The notes under the pieces were generated by a model. It worked only from the letters and a program-made list of their open reading frames with translations. It ran no database searches and had not been told where the DNA came from. Positions 51,336 to 61,611 of a DNA stretch of 64,000 bases are shown here, in pieces. A program made the translations under genes and the position numbers. The stretch's first letter is position 1; every line of letters starts with the position of its first letter. Origin of the DNA: Phyllosticta citribraziliensis (taxonomy: Eukaryota); assembly GCF_038025025.1 (NCBI RefSeq), contig NW_027117340.1, forward strand, positions 310,001 to 374,000. Reading direction: 5' to 3'.

Positions 51336-52695
51336 ATGGCCAGCACCGAAGCCGACGTCGCGGAGCAGTATGACCTGCTCCCCAAGATGATTCCCAACCT
51401 GGATCGTCACCTCATCTTCCCGCTGATCCAGTTCACCTTTGGCCCGGACGAGGAGCAGACTGTGCAGGACAAGAAGGTCAAGCTGGAGCTGCTCAAGGCC
51501 ACAAACATGGCAGACTACGTCGGCAACTTGCACGCCGAGATCAACAACCTGGCGCAGCCCGCAGACGAGTACACGAAGAAGAGGGAGGACGTGCTGAGGA
51601 AGCGGGAGCAATTCGAGGAGGACACCAAGAAGGTTCTGGACCTGCTGGACGACGAGACGGTCGTCAGCAACCTGCGCAGCGACAAGACGGCCAACTTGAA
51701 CTACCTGAAGGACAACCACGGCGTGACGCCCGAAATGGTCGAGAAGCTGTACGAGTTTGGCCAGTTTGCGTACAGCTGCGGCGACTACGACCGCGCCGCC
51801 GAGCTCCTGTACCGATTCCGGATTCTGTCGACGGACAACGAGAAGATCTCCGAGGCCACGTGGGGCAAGTTTGCCAGCAACATTCTCGTGACGGACTGGG
51901 AGGCGGCCATGGAAGAGCTCGTCAAGATCAAGGACGGCATCGACACGCGGCTATTCAACAACCCGCTGGCGCAGCTGCAGCACCGCGCGTGGCTGATCCA
52001 CTGGTCGCTCTTCCCCTTCTTCAACCACGAGGCCGCCCGCGACACGCTGACGGAGCTCTACTTCTCGCCCGCCTACATCAACACCATCCAGGCCAACTGC
52101 CCCTGGATCCTCCGCTACGTGGCGGCCGCCGTCATCACCAACCGCAACCGCAGCCGCACGTCGAACCAGTACCAGAAGCAGCTCAAGGACCTGATCCGCA
52201 TCGTCAAGCAGGAGGGCTACGAGTACAACGACCCCGTCACCGACTTTGTCAAGGCGCTGTACATCGACTTTGACTTTGAGGAGGCACAGAAGAAGCTCGG
52301 CGAGGCCGAGGAGGTCCTGAGGCGAGACTTTTTCCTCGTCGCCACCGCAGACGCCTTTGTCGATTCGGCAAGGCACCTCATTTCCGAGTCGTACTGCAAG
52401 ATTCACCAGAGGATAGACATCAAGTAAGCGGAAACGTGTTGCGTTGGTTGACGATGGCAAAGCGCTAACAATTGATGCCAGGGACCTGTCGACTCGCCTC
52501 GGCCTCAGCCAGGACGAGGGCGAGAAGTGGATTGTCAACCTGATCCGTGATACCCGCGTCGACGCAAAGATCGACTACCAGGCCGGCACCGTCGTCATGA
52601 ACCACCCGCCGCAATCCGTCTACCAGCAGGTCATTGAGCGCACCAAGGGCGGCTTCTTCCGGACGCAGGTCCTCAGCGCCGCGGTCGCAAAGTAG
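51336..52695 (+). CDS. INT6: Translation initiation factor eIF3 subunit e (Int6), 2 exons
   Basis: [52 protein letters not shown] domain [14 protein letters not shown]...[18 protein letters not shown]. Intron 52424-52481. Confidence 0.96.
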
Positions 52696-52907
52696 ACGGA
52701 CGGCATCCTTCTTTCCTTTGTTTCGGGGTTATGCAAGTTAAGTTCGGCGCGGGTTCTTCAAAAAGCACAGGAAACGAAAGAAGTCCTTGATGATGCTCGT
52801 AGTAGGTACAACACGCTGGATGACGACGTAAAGAGGAGGAATGGAAGGAGACGGGAAATGGACGGTCATGAGGTGTTGCATTTGACGACGACGACTACTT
52901 TACTGCA

Positions 52908-52926
52908 TGAGAGAGAGAGAGAGAGA
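52908..52926. repeat. (GA)n microsatellite
   Basis: gagagagaga... tract. Confidence 0.85.
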
Positions 52927-53567
52927 CTTGTCATGTCGGGCATCGTCCGCGCGGCTAGATAGGTAGCAAATTGGAAGGCCGTGGCACACGAATCGTGGTG
53001 AACGGCTCTTCTCCTTGATGGAGCAAATGAACGCTCCTCGTTACTCCACCCCTCCCTCACAGACGCTTTATTACCCCTGAGCTCTATTGCTTGTTGGAGC
53101 TTGAATGCATCCCCTATTATTTAGATGTTCTTATGTGTGTATGCTGCCTGCCTGTCTGGTCGTGACCTAGTTTTGTCGTATGTGGCGTGGCTTTTCTTAC
53201 CAAGCTTTGCTGCCGCAGTGTATTATCTATACATATACAGCAGCGAGCACAATGGCACTGCCAAGACTCATGGTCTGATACTCAGTCATCGACATGTATC
53301 GACGTTGGAAGGCCTAGCAGTGCTGAAAAGGGAAGCGAGGCCGGTGGTAGGTCGCCTCGCGTGGGTGGGTTCGCTGCTCGTGCCCTTGCGCCGGGCCGGA
53401 GCATCCCGTCAAAAAGCCCGGGCAAGCAGGTAAACAACCCTGCCAACGCTCAACACCATCTTTGGAAACCGCACGTCAAGTCGCAGACCATCGCGAGTCA
53501 GGTGTTGTCCAGCGCACAGTCTTTTACTTTCTGCGTCAAGTGTTGGATACCACCTCACGTCGACACC

Positions 53568-54866
53568 ATGGCGGGCGACGGCTCGCGCAAACGCAAAGCG
53601 CCTGCGGGCGATCACGGCGATGGCTTCAACAGAGTGCGTCCTTCACCTGGTCGGAAATGGCAATGGGTGAAACTGATCAGTGGTGACAGAAGGGCAAGAA
53701 GCAATGGCGCCGGCTGCCACACGCTGCGGGTGGAAGCATTGAAGCCGGCGACTCTGGCATCTGGGCCACATGCGCCATGGGAAGAGAAGGAAAAGCAGTT
53801 CCCGAGCTGCGCGACACCTTTGACCAGGTGCGCTCCGACTAGACGTTGGCGGGCTTTTCTCAGAGGCGCGCTTGGCTGATTATGTCCCGACCCAGTACTG
53901 CAAGAAGCTGTACGGCGTCAGCGGCGACGGCACTGCCGAAGAGGGCGGCGATGGCTCCGGCGACGACGACGACGATGAGAAAGAGGGCGACATCGAAGCC
54001 GAAATCAAAAAGGAGATTGAAGGCATCCGCAAGCCGACCCAGGAGCCGCTCTTCAGAAACGTGCGCATCGATACAGATTGCAGTCAGTCCGTCCGGTCTT
54101 CATCTCACAAGTCAAGAAATTTCCCAAACAAACGCGTAAGCTAACGGGTTCGCTGTGCGCGTGGTGCATGTAGTCATGTTTTTCAAGACGCGGGCGCCCA
54201 TTGAGCCGGTCGAGTTTGTGCGGCGCATTTGCGAGGACGCCATGGCGGCGACGAGCAGCGCTGGGCCAAAGGCGACCGGCCGCTTCGTCAAGAGGCTGAC
54301 GCCCATGACGCTCATGGGCAAAGCAACCGAAGAAGGGCTTCAGGACGTCGCGACCAAGGTCGTAGCTCCCCACTTCCACGGACCAGACAAGGCCGGGAAA
54401 AAGGTAAGGAGGCTGGACATATTATTTCGCTGCCGGTTTCCGTGGTCCGGGGGGCAGGTCCAGGCGTGTGGTCATCTTGGCTGGCGCTGTGTCGTGCTCT
54501 ACGGGCTGCTATTTGCAAGCGCAGAGATGGACGTTGGCTGATGCGGCGGCAGTTTGCGATTCGGCCCAACGTGCGCAACCACAAGACTTTGAGCAGAGAC
54601 ACTATCATCCGGACGGTTGCAGCGGCGGTGGGGCCAGGCCACTCGGTCGACCTCAAAAATTACGACCTGCTCATTCTGGTCGACATTTACAAGGCAAGGC
54701 TGCGGTGGAGTTGGAGCACCGAAGTGATGGGCAAGGGCTAACGGAAATACAGAACATGTGCGGAATTAGCGTCGTGGGGGAGGAGTTTGAGCGATTGAAA
54801 CGCTTCAATCTTTCCGAGATTTACGAGCCAAGTCCGAAAGAACAGCCGAAGGAAGCAGAGGCTTGA
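53568..54866 (+). CDS. TAN1: THUMP-domain tRNA acetylation adaptor Tan1, 6 exons
   Basis: GIWATCAMGREGKAV, DIEAEIKKEIEGI, RFVKRLTP, FAIRPNVRNH, GHSVDLKNYDLLILVDIYKNMCGISVV...LKRFNLSEI. Introns 53634-53689, 53828-53895, 54083-54173, 54404-54552 and 54694-54752 (GC-AG). Confidence 0.9.
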
Positions 54867-56086
54867 TAGGCTGGCGAATTAGTCATGGATGAGCAAACGG
54901 CGACAGGGAACCGGACGCAGTGTGATGGGCAGCAGGGAGCCAGGAACGAGGCAGACATCAGAATTTGCACACGTGCGGGGGTGTCCCAGTGCCGATTGCG
55001 GCGGGGGGGCATCGACGATGTCGACAATGAACGGGGAAATCAATAAAACAGAGAGGAAGGAGAGGTTCTGTTGGTGTCTGGCGCGGTGAGGGACCAACCA
55101 AGCAAGCAAGAAACTGGGGCTTGGGGGAGCTCGCTTTCTGGAACACGGCAAGCGAGAGGCTTGAGCAGCCTCGGCGGACGCACACGCACGCCAGTGGACC
55201 TCGCCAACCTGGGCTGAGAGCTGAGCTGGGCGCGGCGGAGATGGGAAACGAATCAGCAGCCCGTCGCGGCATGCCGGAAGTGAGCGGCGAGCATCAATCC
55301 TTTGGGGAATCGAGAGTCTCAGTCTCAGCCCTGCATGCCATGAGGCCCACATGCCTGGCTCGACGCTTTCCTATTCCGGTAATCTCTGACGAGCCTTCGA
55401 GACCACGCCGAAGACCACCACCACCCGACGACCACTCCCTCCCCAATCCGTCGCCCTCACCGACTATCCTGCTACCGCGTCTCGTCAGCCGCCGCCATGC
55501 TCTATTCCAATTGTCACCTTCATCACTACCGACGTCTGCGTTTGACCTGACCACACATGCCCAACGCCAGCGCCCTCGGTCCGACTCCCCCATAGGAGAC
55601 TCCCCGCCGCGTATCCAAAGCCGCCTCTGATGCTGTAGCTATTTCCTGTCCCAGCCTTGCTGAAATGCACAGTCCCCGTCCGCCGTCAATCAAGCGACTT
55701 GGCAACGCTTTCCAACCCAAAGACAGCTCCACTTGGTGATCCCTGGACTGCTGCGAACCCTCCCGCCAGCCACGCGATCCCTTTAGCGAAGGCTACTTCG
55801 TATGCCTCTTGCTGCCCTGTCATTGGCTCGTCCCATTCCGTTGCTCCTGTGCTGTGCTTTGACAATTACCTCTATAACACTGGTCCCACGGCCTCGGTGT
55901 GCTTCTTCATTTCAACACTTCGCTTTTGAGCACTTTATCCGGTCCCACGCTTGTTTCACTTGCGCAGCGTTTGGTACCTTTTGGATTCCTTTGCTGCATT
56001 ACAGCTACCGGTACCGTACCCTCAACACGGTCACCTGCCGCTGCTCCTCCTACCCAAGGCCTCCCAGCATCCTGCTCCTAGTTAAA

Positions 56087-57246
56087 ATGCACCTCCACGC
56101 GCCACTCGACGTTGCGCCCTTCTCCAGATTCGCCATGAGTCCGCCGACGCTAAACCACTCTTCGGACCTCCAGACTCCTTCTCGATCGCAGTCCCCTTCG
56201 GTCGACTTTGCCAGCATACGGACGCTTGTCAGGGACCTTTTGCCGGCCTCGAGATCTCTTCAACAACTAGAGCGCTTCCCTGCCCGTCTACACACTATAT
56301 ATCTCCTTCATTTACGGGATGGGTCCCGCCTGGTCCTCAAATGTCCTCCCTCTCCCCGGACGAGAGTGTTGCGCTGCGAACACTTTTCGCTGGCAAACGA
56401 ATCGCACGCCCTCGGAATCTTCACCAGCATAACGTCTTGTCCGTTTGCAGTCCCCCAGATCTTGCGCTACGAGGGAGGCTCTACCGTCATTGGCACGCCA
56501 TATCTACTGAGGTCCCATGTCGGCGGAACTCCTTTGCGGGACCTCGCAAGCCGCTTGACTTCGACGGACCGAGATACGATTAACCGATCACTGGGCTACT
56601 TTTTGCGCTTTCAGTCTTCACTCACCGGGCCCTCGTTTGGGCCTCTGGTGACGGTAAACAGCGGGCGTGGAGCCCGTTCGTGGCGGGAAGCATTCATGCT
56701 GCTCGTCGAATCCGTTCTTCGCGATGCAGAAGACATGCTCGTTGCCCTGCCATACGACATGATTCGCTCGGGCATCCAGGCCAAAATCAGCGCCCTCGAC
56801 CACGTCGCGACGCCCCGGCTGGTGGCACTCGACGCCGGACGCCCGGAGAACGTAATCATCGACCAGCGGACCAAGGAGATTGCCGGGCTGGTTGGATGGG
56901 GGGCCACCATATGGGGCGATCCGCTGCTCGCGGCCGTCTTCTGGTTCAACGACGTCGACAACATTCGCGGCGCGTTTTGGCAAGGCCTTGGCCGGCCGAA
57001 CGGTGTTGGCCAAGGAGCAGGGGAAGCGGAGAGGCTTCAGATGTGAGTCATTGCGAGCTACATATGCTGCGTGATTATCGACTGGCCGGCCAAATACTAA
57101 TGCGGTGGTGGTGATGTAGATATGCCGTCTTCAGGGCCGCGTACGCCGTCGTCTCGCAGTACTACCGGCCGGGCCAAGAGGAACTCCAGGAGCTTGAGGG
57201 CAGGCGCTCGTTAACGCGGGCGCTGAGCGAGCTACAGGGCGCGTGA
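56087..57246 (+). CDS. Aminoglycoside phosphotransferase (APH)/kinase-like fold protein, probably catalytically degenerate, 2 exons
   Basis: LHTIYLLHLRDGSRLVLKCPP..LRCE, GTPYLL, SWREAF.LLVESVLRDAEDMLV.LPY, PRLVALD, IWGDPL. Intron 57043-57119. The start could alternatively be 56135. Confidence 0.8.
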
Positions 57247-57699
57247 GTCAGGCTTGCAAGGCACTCAACCTGTTCATCGTACCACTTCCGGCTGTCCCAA
57301 GGCAATTCTTTTCGTCAGGCACGCCGAGTCCAGCCCTAGCCCCCCGTGCTGCAATTAAGCACACTCGCAATAGTGTCTACTTTCGTAGTAGCCGCATGCC
57401 GCCCAATTACTCGACGTGCATTTGAGAGGAAAAGGCAGCAGTAAAGAAACCGGATACAATGGCTCCCTCGACTTGTGGTTGGCTAAAAGGTTCGGGTCCG
57501 CCAGGAAGGAGTGACCCCCGTCGCCGCCGCAGCACGTGGACTTTATCCGCCGCCCAGCCTTTGACGTCCTGGCTTGACGTGGATAAGAATCTGGCCTGGC
57601 ATGGGGGAAAGATTGCGCCGCAACAAAAGCCTATTGGCGGCGGCCCAGAATGGCGTCTTCGGTCCCATTCAGTCCAATGCAAAACCAAGCAACCAGGAG

Positions 57700-59900
57700 C
57701 GTCCCGAACCCGAACCCGCTATACCCCCCCACGAGCGTACGAGGCAGGGCATCAAACATGAGAGCCTTATCCATTCTGGAGTCCTGTTCTGCCTTGTCCC
57801 ACTTGGCTATGTGATCGCCGTCATGGGTCGGTTGGTTGCAAACACACTTGATGCACGCACATCTCTCTTCACCTGTCTCTTCCTTCCTCCATTTCCGTGT
57901 CAATTGGGCCCTGACCGCCATCCACACGGGTGAAACACTCTTTGCGTCGGCGCGAGCCTGCCTGGCAAAGGACAGCACAGGAGACAGGATTTTCTTGCGA
58001 CCTGACCCGAAACGCGGCGGATGATGCTGTGCGGGCACCTCGGGCCGGGCCCGCCTCTCTGACGCTGGGCGGACCTGCCTGGCTGGTCCCGCTTCTGCTT
58101 CTTACCCGCATCAGATAGATGTGCCGTGGTGGGTGACGTGCGTGTTTCAGCAGTTGCAGGTTTTGCGGTGGGAGGGTGGGACGCTGTGTCTGCTGCTGCT
58201 GTGTTCCTGTCGTTGTGACCAGAGGTCAGAGAGGAAGCGCAGCAGTATCATTATACAATACCATACCATACATAATGTAGTTTTTCGGACCACTAAATCA
58301 ATCTATCCAGTTCCAGTGTCTAGGGTCCATTCTCCTCCCTGCGCCGTTCATTCGCAAGAGAAATCTCAGTCGTCGTCGTCTCGACATTCTCTCGCTGTCT
58401 CGCTGGCTGGCTCGCCTCGCTCACCGCGGGGCTTGCATGAGCGCATGTGTGCGTACATGCGAGCAAGCAGGCACAGCACGCTGTGGCGTGAGGGAGCGCA
58501 GCATCGCACGCGTCTGTCCGTCCATCCGCCGCTCACGCATACATACCATGCAAGCGTGCGTTTCATGCAGGGCAGGCTGATGGGTGCGGTCCAGTCCGCT
58601 TCAGACTCTCTGCACGCTGTGGCGTTTGTTTTGTATTACCTACCTAGCATGCTCGTTGGGTCTCGACGGAGGGAGGAAGAGGGAGAGGGAAAAGGAGCGA
58701 AACAATTACGTCCATCTACATACATCTCCAGCACGCGGCGCAGTCTGCCTACATACATCCTTGAACCCCCTTCATCACAAGCACCACCGCAATACCACGC
58801 GCACGCATCTAACCAACAGACAGGCGCCGTCGGCCAGCAAACAGTCATTTATTACCACCACCACCGAACCTCACTGCCGACGTCCCACATCCGACGCCTC
58901 TCTCGCTTCGCCATCCGTCCGCACGCGAGCGCCTGCGCATCTGCAAACGGAGTACAGACAACAAGTGCCGGCGCCGTCTCCGCCGCCGCCGCCGCCGCCG
59001 CTGCTGCCCCACGCCACGCACATGCACGGCGGCGGCAAGGCGGCAGGGATAAGCGAGAGACAAGCGAGCGCGTGCCGGGGCGGCGGATGTGTGTGGGGGC
59101 GTGTAGGCGTAGTGTGGAGCGGAACGGGTGCGTGGTCTAGGTCCAGGTCTAGGTCTGCCAGGAGGGCGAGCTCTACGATGGGTGGAGCAGCGTGATGATG
59201 ATGATGGGACGCCAGGCAGGGGTAAGCGAGTGAGTGGACATACAACCATCTATTCAATTGAGGCATTCTTTCGCCGTCCACTGTTGACCCACAACGTCGG
59301 TAAATAGATGTTGGATTGCCGGACTGTTGCTGAGCTGTAAATTGTAGCGCAAGCACTGTAGCAGGAGGCGAGCGACGCGACACAATCGTCCCAGCGATGC
59401 GGGTCCACTCGTCGCATTATGCATATCAAGGAACGCGGCGGCCGCCTGGTACGGCGGTCGCCTGGTACGGCGGGGCCATTTGCAAACCACTTTATACAAC
59501 CGCGTCTTCGGCGCGTCATTGGCTACTCGCCGTCTTTGTGGGACAAGGACGAGGCAGGACGCGTGAGTCTAAAAGGTACCACCGTGCGGGCGTCTGGCAT
59601 GTGTTGGTGGAGCGCGTGGAAGCGAGAAGGGGGACTAAAGCTTATGTGGTGTGGTTTAGCATTTAGGGTTATGTTTAAGGTACGGAGTGGGAGGCGGGGG
59701 GGTAAAGTAGACCGCGACGAGTTGACTCTATTGGGTCGGGCCGCGGGTCCGTTGGACCCGACCTGAGGCTGGAGTCGCGATGACGTCGCTTGTAATGGTC
59801 CCATCATGATAGGGGCCGCTTGCGATTTTTGCTGCGTTCCTACTTTTACCTTATTCTTGCAAGCACCGCGCTAGTCAGTCGACAATAGTATCTCCTGGTT
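57700..59900 (-). ncRNA. Candidate long structured ncRNA, possibly telomerase RNA (boundaries approximate)
   Basis: Exact TAACCCTAA on the minus strand (59663-59671) in a gap with no credible protein gene, nested helices on its 5' side, and several hairpins, some needing G-U pairs on this strand. Pseudoknot, CR4/5 and Sm site were not identified by eye. Confidence 0.3.
59443..59473. repeat. 16-bp-period tandem duplication (CGCCTGGTACGGCGG x2)
   Basis: Read directly in the sequence. Confidence 0.85.
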
Positions 59901-61611
59901 AATAGAGCATGTCTCGACGAGTGACATGTCACTTCTTCGACTGTTACCTCTGTACCGTACTGCTGTAGACACACCATCACATGTGAAGCCGAGACGGACA
60001 GCAGCACAGCGCGCCGTCGTCTCCACCAGTCAACTTCAGCTGCTCGATACGGACGGAAGACAGAGACCACGACAGCCGGCCCAGGCTCAGTCGTCAGGGT
60101 CTCAAGCTTCAGCCATGCTTGCTGCCCATGGAACGCCACACGCCGCAGCGCACGCCTCCTTCCCTGACCAACAACAACATATCCACCCAAGCAAGCATCC
60201 ATGCTTCACCGCATCCTTCGTCGCATTGGCAAACAAAAAAAGCTTGTCCACTGAAATCGTAAACGAGACCGAGCTGTTGTTGCTACGGCGGGCGAGAAGA
60301 GAAACCGACCGCCCAGCGTCGCCTGCGCTTTCCCAAAAGGGTAGCTTTAGGCTCTGCTCAGCTTGTTCTCGGCCGTCGCCGATGCGATTGCCTCGTCCCT
60401 TCGGCAAAGTACGGCTGGCGAGCACCACTGGTGCGCCACGCACGCCAAAGCCTTCTGCCGGTGGCTTTGCATCGACGGGGCTACATAGTTGTGGTAGAGG
60501 CGGGCATCTCTGCCATGCTGACGATGTGAATCCATGGTGACCGGGGTTTGCTGATGGTCCAACAGCAACCTAATACCAAATCCCTTCTTTCCCGGCCGCG
60601 GGTCTCGGAACCATCCAATTATCCTCCGCATGGTTGGTCAGCCGAGGCGGTGGTGCTTGAGAAAGTTTACCTCTCTCTGGACCCTCTGTGGCGCGGATGC
60701 GACCACATCCGCTTGTTACGTGCTTCGTGATAAACATTCATGCGCGTCACGTCTTGTACGACGAGTTGAAACGGCTCTCGGCCCTTGTCAAACGTGGCGC
60801 TCGGCATACGAACCTGCATGTCGTCTAGTCTGTATGTATGTACATTCGCTTCCAGCGGGGCGTCTTGGCTGCAAGGACAACTTTAAGAAATTGTCTCGAA
60901 AATACGTGTTGCAAATGTTGAAACTTGAGGGGTGGAAGTGGGCTTGCTTGGTGGATCTATTGGCTTGGCTGGAGTGCTCTGAGCAACCTCGAGAGGCACA
61001 AATCTAATGTAGGAGTACGAGAAGCTACCCCTAGTGGGCTGTTGCAGGAGATCGGCCAGTAGGTGGACACGGATGTGTGCTGGCAGTGAGTGCCTAGTCC
61101 GAATAGTTTTTAAAATAAATGTATGGAAGGCGAATGAGGTTGCCGGCTGTCCTTGAAAATGACTGCAGACGCAACTTCAAGCATGTTGATAATTAATCTT
61201 GACGGTTATTGCGGGCAGTGGTTAGAACTCAAATCCGTGACAAGAATTCAGTTGAGATTCTCTCCGGAGACGACGATGAGTAAGATGCTTTGGTTCATTT
61301 CTGTATATGGCGATTGGCGTTGATGTGCACCTCACAGCGCTCATCTCCACGTGTCGCTCTTCGTTCCTCGTTCCCCGGCGGGCCTGCACGTCAAACGACG
61401 ATCAGTCCGACCGATTTGGTGCACATAGACGACATAGTTTCAAAAGCGGTCTGATTGACAGTCGAGACTCCAGCTTGGTGGACAACCACCAAGTTTTGGG
61501 TACACACACCGCCGTGGAGCCCACTGGCAGCAAACGCTTTCCACACCGGCTATCGATATCCGCCCATTCATGCGAGCTCGCTTCTTGTCAATGCAGCTCC
61601 CATGGCGCCAT

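Noticed and set aside
57355..57392. Minus-strand GAAA-tetraloop hairpin followed by an ACACU-AUUGCG-AGUGU stem-loop, considered as telomerase P6/P6.1
   Set aside because: The loop is 6 nt rather than the usual 5, no closing helix was evident, and it lies in the probable 3' UTR of the APH-like gene.
58121..59195. 339-aa and 203-aa plus-strand ORFs in the large gap
   Set aside because: Non-ATG starts, low-complexity translation and no domain; the region looks non-coding.
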